Source of the DNA: Amphiscolops sp. MND2022
Lineage: Eukaryota
Direction of reading: 5' to 3'
Assembly: GCA_964187785.1 (NCBI GenBank)
Contig: OZ076409.1
Location: 34,164,001-34,228,000 of the forward strand
Length of the DNA: 64,000 nt
Below the pieces are notes generated by a model. The model was not told where the DNA came from and searched no databases. It saw only the letters and a list, made by a program, of their open reading frames with translations. Position numbers and translations under genes: made by a program. Numbering within the stretch: the first letter of the stretch is position 1; each line of letters starts with the position of its first letter. Below, one piece after another: positions 13,401-26,954 of this stretch.

Positions 13401-14488
13401 TTCATCAGGAAACGCTGCTACCAATCCTTACTTCCCAAGCATCTACCAAAAGAGACTGACTGGACACAGTTACCCGTACTCTGCAATGCCGAACTTCGAC
13501 AATTATCCTCTAGGGATTTCCTTACTCGGTTACGGCTGAAGCAAGATCTAGATGCAGCTTCCACAGCTAAGGTGAAGCGCGATAATAGCGACCCAGAGGG
13601 CCCCATTAATAACAAGGTTGAGCTGGTTGATGGAGTGAAAGAGATATTCGTCGCGAAGGCTAGAACCTATCTCGTTATCCTTCTTGAGAACGTCTTGAAC
13701 CACATCAGTCTGAATGCTAACATCGTGAGAGGAATGGCATGCTTTGACCCAAACGTCCTGTGTCTTCCGATGAAACAAGCCAGCTTTTGCTTCACAGCCC
13801 ATTACCAGAGTTTCAGTCTTTGGGGCTGGTTGGAAGGGTCCCCCAAAACGACTGTCAGGACGAGTATCTAGAGTATGTTGGACATTTTCGTCAAACGTAC
13901 CATACTCTGAAGAAATCCCCCAATGGGTTTTCCGACATGGTCGATTTACTGTCAGCAATGCCTGAGCTTCGCAACCGAGTCCACCTCCATCGACTTTTCC
14001 AATTAAGTTGTATGTGCCTTACTAAGAACACACCTCTGCTCCCTCCCATTCGATTCCATGATGTTGACACTCAGAGACCTAAGTGTAGGTTGGGAGATGT
14101 TCTGTTGCCAGCCCAGTCTTATCTGGCTCGGGTTCTTGAATCCATCTCCATCTCGGTCTGTACAAAGGATGATTCGCTGAGTAAGCTCCGAGAAATAGAG
14201 CGGGAATTCCATACCGGCAAGGTGACTGGTGATCCATGGACTCATGTTGATGTTTTTGGTCGGGCTGACTTCTATAAGACTCTTTGCCAAAAGCACAAAT
14301 CTCTCACGCAGAAGCCCAAGTCAGCGTCTTCTAGTCGTTCCGCCTCTGGTTCCACCTCACCTGTTACTTGCAGTCGTCGGAAAGGATCTCCTGGAAAAGG
14401 GAAGCGGAAGGTAGATTTTGAGTCTAAAGAACAGACAAAGGAGGGCTCTAATTCGCAAGCTCTTGAGCAATCCCCATCTAAATCCTAA
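10486..14488 (+). pseudogene. Antisense spliced BED-finger/hAT-transposase-derived gene of element B
   Basis: Inferred GT-AG introns 12295-12400, 12845-12911, 13047-13138 and 13221-13326. Zinc finger FYCHTCKTNVSIFSKGARAIVRHYQSENH. Colinear with the element C gene. Contains several stops and frameshifts. Confidence 0.85.
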
Positions 14489-14711
14489 ATGTACATAGTG
14501 TACATTTGTGCTCTGTTTGTTTCTTTGTATTTATCGTAAACTTAATCTGAACTTGTTCGATATATTGTTGTACTTCCGCGGCCTTATTTGTACGTCACTG
14601 AGTCTATTTTGTTGTGTTTATTTCATGTCAAAAATTCGTAGTCAGAGTAGTCCCAAGTAAAAATCGTCAGTTAGTCCACGTGACTATCGGGACACTAATT
14701 TACATATCTGG

Positions 14712-17700
14712 CTAATATCTGTATTCATCAGAAAAGTTGGGGTTGGGGTTAGGGTTAGGTCGAAGGTTTTATTTCCCTCATCTGGGACTAAAATTTTCTT
14801 CAGTTTTCACATTTTCCGATATTCCGGGCACTTAACCACTAGGTATTAATTTCATTCTCGTTGAGGTCACTTTCATTCGTTAGCTCGCCGCTGCGTTGTT
14901 CATTTTCATCCGCGTTGCAACGTTCATCTTCAGTGACGTAACAGTCCACTGCGCCGCTCGCGGCGTCGTTCGGCAAGCGTGTGGCCGTGTCTGGCCAATC
15001 ATCTTTTCGCGTTTCAAATAACTCGTAGTCGAAGTCAACTTCCCATGAAATAGTATACAAGTCGTCTTGCGGTTTTACTATCTCTTCGTCAAGCTGCAAT
15101 TTTTCATCAGAGAATTGTCCTCTAATGGCGTGTCCGACACGAATTTCTTTAATCTAATTCGATGTAGTATTTGCGTTTTGTTTGTATTTATTCGACACAC
15201 GATGTGATTGTTATTGGACAGTACCTTCTGAACGACATAAGGGCCAATCCATGTTTAATCTCTGAATGGAATTTTTGACGCTTTGGCTGTCCGCTTTAGG
15301 CTGCAGGATGAAGCAATAGTCTTTTTCAGTAGTCTTTGGAGCAGCTTTAGCCTTCCGTACTTCCGTACTAGCTTTAGTCATTGTACTTCAAATACGACTC
15401 ATTATGTTTTTCTTGGTTTGATCTATGAAGATTCGTGTTCTCTTTTGTACCTCTTCCGCAAATTCCGTTGTTGGTAGGGAGTTTTTATTTGGATTTTTTC
15501 CTAATTTGTGATCTAGGACGTTATAGGGGATTCGCCCATGAAAACTTTGCTCGGTTCACAACCAATGCTCGAGTGATAAAGCACAGCTAGTGGCAAATAG
15601 TTATGCCATTGGCGTCTATATTCCCCCGAGGCCATGTTCAAATTAGTTTTGAGGGAGGCATGCGTCCTTTCTAATTTGCCTATCGTTTGCGGGTGTTTTG
15701 TAGTTGCGCATTTGAGTGTTATACCCAAAATTTGAAATATTTTCGCTACGATGGTCGATGTAAATGCTGACCCCTTGTTCGTGATGAGAGTCGTAGGTAA
15801 GTAAGAGTGTTTTGTCCTGATGTCAATTATCACCTTGGCCACATTGCAGGCTGTCGCCTCAGAGGCTGTTGCCTCATTTATTATTTCGGGTGCAATTACG
15901 TTGTTTGGGACACGCTTGTCCTTGGCACATGTTTCACAGACTTCTACCCATTTTTTGACACGTTTTCCAATGCCCGGGTAGTAATACTTCTGGCGAATTT
16001 CCTGTAGCATTTTAGAGATTCCCGTGTCAATATGCCGTGCCATGTATTGCCTGTAGTAACTCTTTCGATAAGTGTTACGTCAATAAGATTTGATGACACT
16101 TAACTTCTCCTGTTTCATCATAATAATGTCGCGTCAGAATTTCGTCCTTGAGGTTTATGCGGTCTAACTTGTTCAGATAATGTTTATACCGAATGTCCTG
16201 CTGAAGGAGTTCTTCAGAATTTTCCTCCTTTTGGATTTTTGATTTCAATTGCAGCAAAATCGGATCTTTAGATTATTCCAACAGTATTTGATTTGTTCTG
16301 CGCAATTTCTGTGTGAATTTAGTAATTGCATCCACGTTATTTTCTGAAACGGCATCGATTTGGATGACGGTCTCGGAGACGTTGGGTCCAGTTTCAGATT
16401 GCCTCTTCCGTTCCCAAATCTGTTCTTCTGTTTCATCGTCCTCCTCGGTGTAGAAAACTTGTTCCTTCTCAGACACGCCGGCTGATTGGACATTTACCTC
16501 AATGGGCTGAGCTGCAACATCTGCGCGTATTTTTCAGACCATTTTTTCAGAGGGATCCATTGCCATACGTGACAGGTAGTCCGCCGCTGTATTGATTTTG
16601 CCTGGAATGTGAGCTACTATAAAATTGAACTGGATGACAAAATCACAAGCATTCCAGAGTGGCGGTGGTATTACCTTGCTCTGAAAGAACCTCGTGACCA
16701 ATTTTTTATCCGTAAGGATGATTACTGGCTTGTGTGTCCCCCAGAATATATGTCCGAATTCTTTGAAGGTGTAATATAAAGCTAGGAATTCCTATACGTA
16801 TATTGACATTTCTAATTGGGAAGGAGTGAAAGTTTTTGAATCATATGTAATTGGCGCATAGGACTTTTTGACAGAAGCATACTTCTGATTTGGGTCATCT
16901 TCAGTGAGTATGGCATATCCTGCTGCTGTGAAGCTGGCATCTGGCATTAGGGCAAGCTGTCGATTTGGCAGAGGTTGCTTCAGGGATAGCTGGCTGCATC
17001 TATCTTTTTGCTGGTGATGCTCTCTTTTTGAGATTTGACACCTTCAGGGGTGATTGTCCTTCCTAGGAAATCGATTTCGGTCGCGCCGAAGTGGCACTTG
17101 TGCATTGCCAATCTTAATCCGGCCTCTCTAATGCACTCGAATGCTGCTCTCCAATTCCTGATTAGTTGATCAGCATCGTTGGCTGCAATGCCAATGTCGT
17201 CCACGTATTGAGCGCATTGATCTGCTTTTATGACGCGGTCTAGGTATTCTCTCATGAAACTAGAGAAGGCCGATAGGGCCGATAGGGCTAGTCTCCTGTA
17301 GGCAAAGGATCTGCTGGCAAAATTGAAGGCAACATCTCTATGGACCTTTGGTCCGCCATTGGGAGACAGTGGTACGCCTGCGAGCAATCAAGTTTGCAAA
17401 ATATATTCATGCCTGCCATGTGCTGAGCAGCATCAGTCAGTGTGCTTACTGTAGGTGGTAATTGCTAATGTAATCATCGAGATTAATTTATTGATTTTTC
17501 TAAGGTCGACCAATAATCGTAACTTCCCGTTGGGCTTCTTTTGTGTGAAAATGGGACTGGCATACTTTGAGAATGGTAATGTCGTGATGATACCATGTTT
17601 ATGCAGTAATGCCGAATCGACCAAAATGTCATCTTTCAAGTTGACTGGCGTTGGTAAGCTCTGGCTGTAGGCGGGCGAGTCGTCCTTCGAGGTTAATTCG

Positions 17701-20695
17701 ACCGTGAACTCCTCATCCATGCCGATATCAAACCTATGTCGGGCAAATATATCATGGAGTTCCACTAAGAGAGCTTCTATTTGTTTTATCTCATTCTGTT
17801 GTAACATTGATTCTTTCCAGTCTAATACTGAGGAATTTCCGACGAGATTCTGCGTCTTCTTGCGAATTGAGTCTTTCGGCTTCTTGTCAATTCCTCAATT
17901 CTCCTAAAATTCTTTGCTGAATTGGCGTATGGGACGCTTCGTCCCCTGGGTTTTCGGGTGGAAACCAATATTGTTCGTACTGGTCATTATTTCTGTTCGC
18001 TTCAAGAAGGCTGCTAATGTAAAATATAGCATATTCTTCATTTTCGTTGAATAGATGCCAGGTGGACACTGGGTCTATTAGCGTGACGTGTTTCATCTGT
18101 TCGGGGTTAATAACTGAGAAGTTTGCAATGTGCAATCCTTTCTTATGTTTGAAGTGTTGCTCAGGGGAATTGTTGACGTGGATCCTCGTAGTCTTTTCGT
18201 TTAGTGTGACTATAGCGGCGCAAAAGGTTCACTTTCATCGTTCAGTAGATCACTGGGTTGTAGTATGCCGGTGACCGCATTTTCTGCGTAAATCTGGGAC
18301 TGAATGGGTATAACTGTGTGGTCATTTGGCAGAATAATTTCGTCCTCGTGGTTGAGGATGGGTTCCATGACATTTGAGTACTTGTGGTCAGCCGTTTTTA
18401 ATTACATCGAGAAAAAAGTGAAATTTAGTTTTCCTTGGCGCATATCTAGGACTTTATGGTTTCTTTGCAAGAATATCAATCCATTTATAGGGCTGGATAG
18501 CTTTTCCATTACTTTGAAGATTTCGTCGAACTCAATGTCTCCTACTTCACATTTTAATTCAACGGTACTCTTCGGCGTTTCTAGATCTCCGTTAACGACC
18601 ATTATTTGAAATGATGGGCAGGTCCCTCTTTTACAATAGATGGAGGCGCTAGTAGCTGTATTTTCCTGAGGTCGGCTTCCGGCATTGCACTGGAGTGTGC
18701 CCTAGTGTCAATTAGGCCGTCCAATGTCAGTTCTCCGAAGTCCATTGGGAAATATAGCATCCGCCTTTTGAATTTGAGTCCAAGGTTGGTGGAAAGGTAA
18801 TATATGATGGTTCTCCTTCCTTTTCCACTAAGATGAGCAAGAAGGTCGATTCGTCTAAGCGGCTATGTTGGCCTTCATAGTCTTCTTGCTGTTGGGGTTC
18901 CCCTGTTTCTTCTGAAATCGCTTCTGTATTTGGTAAAGGAAGGAATTGAGTCTCAAAGTCTTTAGTGTAGTCAAAGTCATAGTATCGGTCAGGGCGATCA
19001 TTGTGTACTTCTTTGTAGGTTTTGATGTAGGCCTTTTCCATTTGTTGCTGCCAGACAACGGACGGGATGCCATTGGTGTCCTTGATGTATTGGCGAAAGG
19101 TAATAATTGGAGGATCTGATATGACATATTGTCGAACCGACATATAGTCATGTATTTGGAGTCGTGGCAAAATTAAATTTTTGAATCGGGGTTTTTGGAG
19201 TTGGTTTGGCTTGAACTAGCAATTTCCGAATCCTTGGTCCTTTTGGGCCTTTCTTCGGAATTTGAGGAATTCGCATCTCTCTCTTGTGCTTGTGTCCTCT
19301 TGGGCCGCAGGTGAGCGCCAGCGCCTTGCCAGCATCTCTCAGTTGGGTAATTCTTTTTCCCACATGTGTCACACGGTGGGTACGTTGGACGCTCTGGTTT
19401 CTTGCCATCTTTTTCCTCCATTTTTTTTCTTCTTGAGTTTAGTAGCGCTTTTGTAGCAATGGCCTGTTGCTTTGCAGAAGAAACATTGGGCTTCCTTATT
19501 GGTGTTAATGCCGTTGGACAGCAAGGTATTGTTTTTAGAGGACGCCCAGGCCATTGTGGCCATTGGCAAGTCGTCTGATTCCTCCAACGCATTATGTTCT
19601 AGTTCTTTTCCGAGATGCGCGACTATTTTTTCAGTTGTTCCATTCTCTAAACGGGCCATGTTGGCTGATCGGTTCAACTTTGGAGGCAGTTTTGCGTACA
19701 ACAAGCTGTCAATCATGCTTTTCACATTTTCACCAAAAGCTTGTTCTGCCCCCTGGTTGAGTTCTTCTAAGAAGTCCGGCTATTTCATTGTAGTAGGATC
19801 GAACGTAAGTCTGTGCCATTTATGTTTGGCCGTGGCTTGAGATTCCGGTTTGACGTACTTTCTCCGGAATATGCCTAGCACGTCCTCTAAAGTTTGGCGG
19901 TTTATTGAGTTTATGTTCCTGAATGTTTGTAATGCCCCCTTGCGTAGCAGCGAGTGAAAATGGTTAATTTTCATCTGTCCTGTCATAGCTGGTTGCATTT
20001 TGATCATCGCGTGGAACAAATCTTCGAAAAGCTCGAACTTGTCGCTCTTGCCGTCAAAGGTCAGTTTGAACTAGTCTGATGGTCATCGATTCGTCCAGTC
20101 AGAAATTCAGGACTTTGCTGTTGGGTGTCGGTAGCTCCTGTCACCATGTAATGACTACGACCCGTGGTGTCCCTTAAATCACACGCAGACCGTGAGTCTC
20201 TTTTTGTAAGTTTCGATTTCGACCCGGATGAACATTCCCTATTCTCCTGACTATTTGGCGACACACCGGCTTCAGAGTCCGTGTTTCCTTAAGAGGACAT
20301 CGAACTCACAATGTTTTGAATCTCAGGGATAACTCTCTCAGCTATAGCAGTGCTAATGACTCTATTTATTTGACTATGCATCATAGACATTATTGAGTCC
20401 ATCTCTTGAGATAATCTGATATCACTGACAGGTCCCAAAGGATTGTCTAACACCGTTTTGCCTTGGGGGGATTGTTTTCATATGCAAAACTTGCTTTCTG
20501 GTCTCTTAGATGCGTGTTAGACTCAGTGTCTCCTTGTACTGATGATTGTTCAATAGCATCGGCTAACTCTCTCTCTCTCTCTATGAGATTACAACCTCCA
20601 TTTCCTAGCATAACGTCCAATCTATCTATATCGGACAATATTTCCATCTCTCTAGATTTTCTAGCTTTCGCTTTCTGACGTCTAGTAGAAGGCAT
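14712..20695 (-). pseudogene. gag-pol: gag-pol of element B, heavily disrupted
   Basis: Start MPSTRRQKAKARKSRE; gag RRKYVKPESQATAKHKW; RT KKPNGKLRLLVDLRKIN and QYVDDIG; integrase HPQTIGKLERTH; end NLRPNPNPNFSDEYRY. All match element C. Confidence 0.95.
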
Positions 20696-20905
20696 AAGAG
20701 ATTATTGCAAGAGGTAAGAGTTTAAATTGAGTTCTCAGGCTAGCAAACAAAGTTTTATTCCAATGGGTATTAACGAACTGATTGTGACTATCTCAAGGAA
20801 AATTGTGTTTTCGGGACTACAAGTCCCGGTTATTTATATTCAACACTGCATGACTTCCAAGATATATAGTGTCATCAATCTAACTTTACAACAAGAGATT
20901 TGTTT

Positions 20906-21704
20906 TGTAGGCCGTTTAATTGGATCATGTTAATAACATTACATGTGAAACAACTCGTATTGGGTTACATGTATAGCATGTGAAGAGAAAATAGTAAATT
21001 GACACAAGGGCCATGATACATGGCACTTCATAATTTGCACTATTTATGGAAACCAGCTTCTCGTTTGGGAAAGCTTCAGAGGAAAAGGGGAAAAGGACTG
21101 AAAGTTTACCTCAGTTTCAAGGGTGAACTACAACCAAAATTTATGCGCATCCGTAATAGCAATTTACTACAGGCCTTATGGGCCGCACAAGTTTACTAAT
21201 TGCATTTCTGCATAGTATATTGCATTTCAAAGTGGACTGGTAGTCCCGCTGCCATAGCACCGACAAGATGAATAATATAATTGCTGTACTAAACGGCGTT
21301 GTTCAACAAACATACTGCACTGTGATTGCTTGATATTCTCATGGACTGCTGGTCCAAGGCGACAAGCAAAGGAACATTTGAACACGTTTCCTTTGCCTGT
21401 ACGCTTTGGTGTCCAATTATTAACACAACTAATAACATATTGCACTTTTACATGTGTAAAGCAACGAAATACCAATCTAACATAAATAAATGGACTGAGT
21501 AGAAATAATTTTACATATGGTCCGGGTATTAAAACTAAACAACATCATAATTTGACATAAAAGTAGCGGATTCTAAGCAATAACTTCAAAGTTTGTTGAG
21601 AAATTAGTTTTAATTCAGGGGGAAAGTGCTGGGAAGGTCCCCATGACAGCTGTAGCTTATTGTGTAGAAATTTCCATCGCAGGCGGCAGCCCGCGACAGT
21701 CACA
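20906..21704 (-). repeat. 5' LTR of element B (inner boundary uncertain, may extend to 20783)
   Basis: Begins TGTGAC-TGTCGCGGGCTGCCGCCTGCGATGG on the minus strand and contains the repeat shared with 8582-8821. TATAAATA lies near 20831-20838 and an AGTCACA ends at 20783. Confidence 0.75.
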
Positions 21705-21742
21705 ATGACTAAAGCACAGATTGCAATAACATTACAATTATC

Positions 21743-22143
21743 AACAAGACGCCCGGTAAGCCTCGGGAAATTTTCCTCCCTTTTGGCTTTCACCAACTGA
21801 GCCATAGCTATTTTGGGAGGGAGAATAGGATCTAAAGAATAAAATCTATAATTAAGTTATTTTAATTCTTATTCCCTTTAGATCTTATTCCCGTCCTGAA
21901 ATTTTAGATCTTATTCCCTTTAGATCTTATTCCCATTTTTACTTTAGATACTATTCCCTCCTCTCAGTAGGGAGGCTGATCAGGGAGGCTGAGTAGGTGG
22001 AGTTAGCATAAGGTGGAGTTTGGGCAAAATTTGGGAAAAAAACGCAACACAGATCATGATTTTCTTCCCCCCATTGAAATTGTGGGTCGGAAAATAACAG
22101 ATCATGATTTACCTCCCCCAATGAAAATGTGGGTCGGAAAATA
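21743..22143. repeat. Non-autonomous repeat, family 2 (AACAAGACGCCCG...GGAAAATAA), with internal AGATCTTATTCCC repeats
   Basis: Same terminal motifs as 47556 and 53497. Confidence 0.5.
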
Positions 22144-23474
22144 AAAATTTAGGGTTTCGTCTGTGTAATCTGAGATTAAGCTCGATTGATTGATAGTACA
22201 ATTGAAGTACTTCTGACGTTTTTTGCACAAACAAAAAATTTTTGTGAGAAATTTTCTCACGATTCATTTTCGTATCACTGATTGACGTAAAGCTGCTAAT
22301 CGTAATGCAAGTGGCAGATAGGGGGTGAGAAATAGCAAAAGGGAGGCGTGAGTGAAGGGAATCTATTCCAGCCTCGATGCGGACGTGGCGGGAGGATATG
22401 CTTAGGAGTTCATGCACGTTGGCAAAAATATAATTTCATGTTCATGAACAGGTTCAACATGAGTAACTCTAACGATGTCGATAGAAGTAGAGGAAAGTAT
22501 CATGTTACGTCCATTAGAAATTCAATACGGCCATACGCCACATTGATTAGAGAATTGAGCACAAAGTAACTAGCACTAAGGTTAGTGCTTTCCCATTGCC
22601 GCCAAATTCTTCGTTCCGTCGCCAAGTAAGACTCAAAATTGAGTTTCTAGAGAGTTCTTCCCAACAAACATGCCAAAGCTTGTTTACCTTACTTGAGTTC
22701 GTTTTGATAAAATGAAAACACTCCAGACATTTTCAATGATATTGAGGTCTGAAAACTACGGCGACCGGTTTTACAAATTTTCTGCGTCAATTTTTGGCAG
22801 CGCATTAGTAGAATATTAGCGCGATTGTTACAGTAGCTAGTTTTTCTAACGTCAGATAAGAGATTCTTTGCGTAGTGGGCACTTTATACAAAAACTAATA
22901 AACTATTGGACCACTGGCCAGCGGAAACATTTTGTTCTCTTTTAACGTAACAAAAAACCGGACGAGATTGAGCGGTCCCCCTTTCGATTTTGTTCGGCAC
23001 TGTGAGATTTTTCCAAAAGTTTTTCAAAACAATCATAAACGAAAATTGGAAACCAAAAAGGAAAATGGGGAAGGTAGTGAAACTGATTAAATGTTTTGAT
23101 GGAAATATTTTCACCTGTATTACCATGATAATGAAATTTTGTGAAAACAGCAAAGAAGAGCTCAAAAGGTAGGTAAATAGGGGTTGATTTATGAAAAGTT
23201 CAGACAATTTCTTCAAATAAACGGAGGTTTCTTTTGTCTCAGATGAGAATTATTATTAAAATAGTAGTGCTGGAACTGTTCACAATAGGTGAGTAAAAAT
23301 GAATTTAGTTCAACTAGTGGGTTTACAAAAAGTGACTCTTTTTTTCAATCCACACGAACTGACCAAAATAAATCTACAAACGTTTTACAAATTTTTATGG
23401 TCCCAAATTAAATTATATGGCCTAGCGAACTGATCCAAAAAGGTTTTTCCTCTTTTTCCGCGTGACATACCACA

Positions 23475-23858
23475 CCGGGATAGACTAAAGAGTCCCCCCC
23501 CTTCAGTTTTTTTCGGCATTGTGAGACTTTTTTTCGAAAAAATTTCTTCACCAAAGGGCCCCCTTCAATTTTTTTGATATTTTGCGACAGAATGGATGTT
23601 TAAAAAATCCCAAAGGGTCCCCCCTTTCAGTTTTTTCGGCATTGAGAGACTTTTTTCGGAAAATTTTTTTCACCCTTCATATTAGTTTTGTGATGTTTTG
23701 CAACAATGGATGTTAAAAAATGCGAAAGAATCGGCGCGCCAGTTCCGTCGTTTGGGTTTTTTGTGAGTTTGATACTTTGAGTTTTTTGACACTTTCATGT
23801 GCTTTTGCTATTTTTGAGCCTTAGATATGGCGCCGACTTACGCCATTCCCGACTTGTT
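23475..23858 (+). repeat. Non-autonomous repeat, family 1 (Helentron/DINE-like), partial
   Basis: TTTTTGAGCCTTAGATATGGCGCCGACTT...CTTGTT end and AAAGGGTCCCCCCTTT modules shared with the 47737 and 52950 copies. Confidence 0.7.
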
Positions 23859-25578
23859 AATTGATGTTTAGGTTTGTTCGTACTTACCATTACATTTACA
23901 GGGGTTGAAGAGAATGTTCACAAGAGAATTAGTTTTATTATCAGGCCTTCTCGGAACAACTAGTTCATACAAAAATCCACGTCTCTGGTTAATTCAGATC
24001 AAAGGTTTAAAGTCAATTATATCAGCTAACACAAAACTAGCTTTTCAATTCGTGTTCTTAGGAATCAAAAATTCTTTCTTTTTGTATTAGGGATTTTTAA
24101 AAATCTGTTCGTTCCCAGTTTATAACAAAAAATACCAAAGTCCAGATGGACAAGATTTTCCACTTCAAGCCCTCACCGTAGTGATAGCGTTTCTCGCGGT
24201 AGACCAAATTTTTAAGGCTCAAAAAAGTAGAGACGAGACCAAAGGCCGCCGTTCAGGGTTTTTCAGCACCATGCGACTTCTTGTCTGTGTTTTCTAACTG
24301 AACCCCCCTTCAATCTTAAGCAGGAAAAAAGTGTTTTGCAAGCATAGAGAGCTTAGGTTGCTTGGTATTGCTACTTTTTTTCAGAATTTTCTTTAACGGA
24401 AGGGCTCCTTTATTATTTTAGGTTGAACAGCAATTCGCGAGCATAGAGAATAAAGCTAGAATAAGTGTCTTTTTAAGTTGTTGATTATTTTCAGGTAGAA
24501 ACACTGTTTTTTTGCTAAATTGTTCACTTTATGGTTTTTCCGCAGTGTGTGGCCTCCATCCCAAATGTTTTCAGTGAGATTTCTGAATTTCTGAACAAAT
24601 TTCTTTGTATACACTTAAGCGAGGCACCGAATTGAGCTGTTCTCAGTTGGACAAACTTACCCTACGTATTACCCTAACATGATTGATGTCTTTCAGGTTT
24701 GACTTCACGTGCCTGAAACTACCGAAATTTCGAGCAAACCCTAGACGAGAAAAAATGCAGACATTGCAAGAATTCTTCGAGGTAGCCATGAAAAAAAAAA
24801 CATTTTGCAAGATTGTGGCAAAAAAATACAAATCTTGCCAGAATCTGACCAAAAGTTGTTTCTTGCAACAATCCTGTAAGTTATTCGCAAGGTTTGCAAC
24901 ACTGGTGAAATGTTTTGCTAGATTTGTATCAATTCACCGCCAAAGTTTCTTTGAACATTTTGAAGTTTTAAGGACTCGACCAAACTGGGTGATAATAGAA
25001 AAACACCTATAATAAGGAATGTTAAAAAACAGCCTGGTAAACTCCAAAACATTTTGATTGAGAATTTTTTTAGGCAAATGTGTCCTGGTCCCTACCGGGA
25101 TACCAAATGAACTTTCCGCCGGTTTGGTAATGGATTTGCTCCAAATAAGAAATTCTGAAAGACAATCAGCCTTCAAAAAATTATTTTGTGCTGAAGCTTC
25201 CTTCGTTTATTTGATAAACGCCAATTTAATTCTTGAAAATTAGAGATAATTTTTTGTTTTGTAAGTTCAATGTGCATCAACATTCCCCAACGAAACAATT
25301 TGACATGTTTTATCCCAATTACTTTCATCAATTTGAGATCTTTCTTTCCAAGTTTCAAAACCGCAACATAGCATAAGGTATTTTCCTCATGAGAGCTCCG
25401 AGCTTGTCCTGGTGTGAAAAGTTTTCCAGTACCCCTTCAGTAGGATGACTTCAGAAAATCGTGCACGAACCATGCAAGAAAACTGCAATGTTAATGCATT
25501 GATGTGATTTTCAATATATGTTGCTATGTTGCGACATTTTCCAGAATGAAAAAGGAATACGATCTAAATTATATGATT

Positions 25579-26900
25579 TGTAACTGTCGCAGGCTGCCGC
25601 CTGTGATGGCACTAAGATCACGACAACAGCGGAAGGGCAAGAGATCGCGACCGGAACCTTACCAATCTACTGAGGAGAAAACATTCAAAATGCAAACTTT
25701 CATATTGTTCCGTTAATTACACTTGTTAATGTTGCTGACTCCATTTATATATATATATATATATGTTTTGCTAGTATTAGTCTGTTAGAGCCAACAACCA
25801 AAAGGCTCAAATGATGTGTAGTTATTTGCAAATTTGGAAACGCAGTACAACAATGCATTTGCAATAATAAATAGAAGCAGCTAACGAGCGTAAAGGAAAC
25901 GAGTTCAAGTAAACGTCACTCCAATTCCGGGGACGTCACTTGAGCTTACTACAATTAGCCAATCACGTGCTGTAATTCTTGCTGTACTATTGTTGTATTT
26001 GTTAATTGGCCGGTTAAGGCCACCTGACGAAATTCCACTCTCATTGCTCACTACTTTGGTCAAACGGCCGGTTCCGGCCGTGAAGCAATAATGAAAAGGA
26101 ACTAACTTATTACATCTGTACTTCATTAGTAATAATACAATTGTTCTTTCATGTTATTTAAATGTTCATTGTTGATAATATGAAGCTTTGTTTGGTATTT
26201 GGCCGAGTAAGGCCCATTGAACTAATATATATTGTTTCAACTGGTACTCTGGTCAAATGGCCGATTGTGGCCATTTCATGCATATTTGTGTTTTGTTGTT
26301 CAGTTAACCAGATATTAACCCGGAACTAGCATAAGTTCATCTCCGAAGCAAATGAAGGTGCTTATGGTATTATATTATCTACGTGATCCAAGCATATGTA
26401 AAATAGACAAATAAGGCCATTTTCCTTCACTTCCCTATTGTGCTGTCTGTACTTACGGATTTAAGCCTATTCCGGTTTCAACATGAAATATATTTTCATG
26501 AATAGTAGATTGATACCACAGCCCTTATGTGCGGTTATACATTCCATTCTCAGTGTAATATATAATAAATCTTGTGTCGGCACGTGCCTCCACCTCACTT
26601 TGCGTGAGGTATGTAAACAAAGGTATTTGTTGACACTTTGATATGCATGCCTTAATCGGCAGTTCGTTTGAAGCTACTATTTTGACTACATGACCCATAA
26701 CTGCCATTCCCTAGATGTCCCCGAAGATATGTGAATATCAGGGTTTTCATCATGGAGCTAATGATCATATGATACTACCAACCTAACTAGTTATGTAAGG
26801 AATGTGATTGTCATTCCCTAAAAGGTATAAATAGTGTTATCCCGTTGGGGAAATCATTAATTCCTTTCATTTTGCTCTAGTTAAGTTTAATCTACAAACG
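25579..26900 (+). repeat. 5' LTR/leader of element C (inner boundary not determinable)
   Basis: Its start is repeated at 41572. TATAAATA at 26826-26833 lies about 130 nt before the gag ATG. Confidence 0.65.
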
Positions 26901-26954
26901 GCACCGCTGTTATTTCCGTATTGATCAATATATTGTTAATTCGGAATCGTTTCT

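Larger units (their letters stand above)
8582..21704 (-). mobile_element. Element B: large decayed Ty3/Gypsy element with accessory genes (same lineage as C)
   Basis: gag-pol colinear with element C; direct repeat 8582-8821 / 20906-21145; 5' end matches the 5' end of element C. The left boundary is uncertain and no TSD was found. Confidence 0.92.

Noticed and set aside
14739..14759. Telomere-like GGGTTAGGGTTAGG (also CCTAACCCTAACCC near 35407)
   Set aside because: These are codons of the conserved RPNPNPN pol C-terminus in B and C.
24934..25400. Host exon or viral ORF
   Set aside because: Short broken frames with no recognisable motif.
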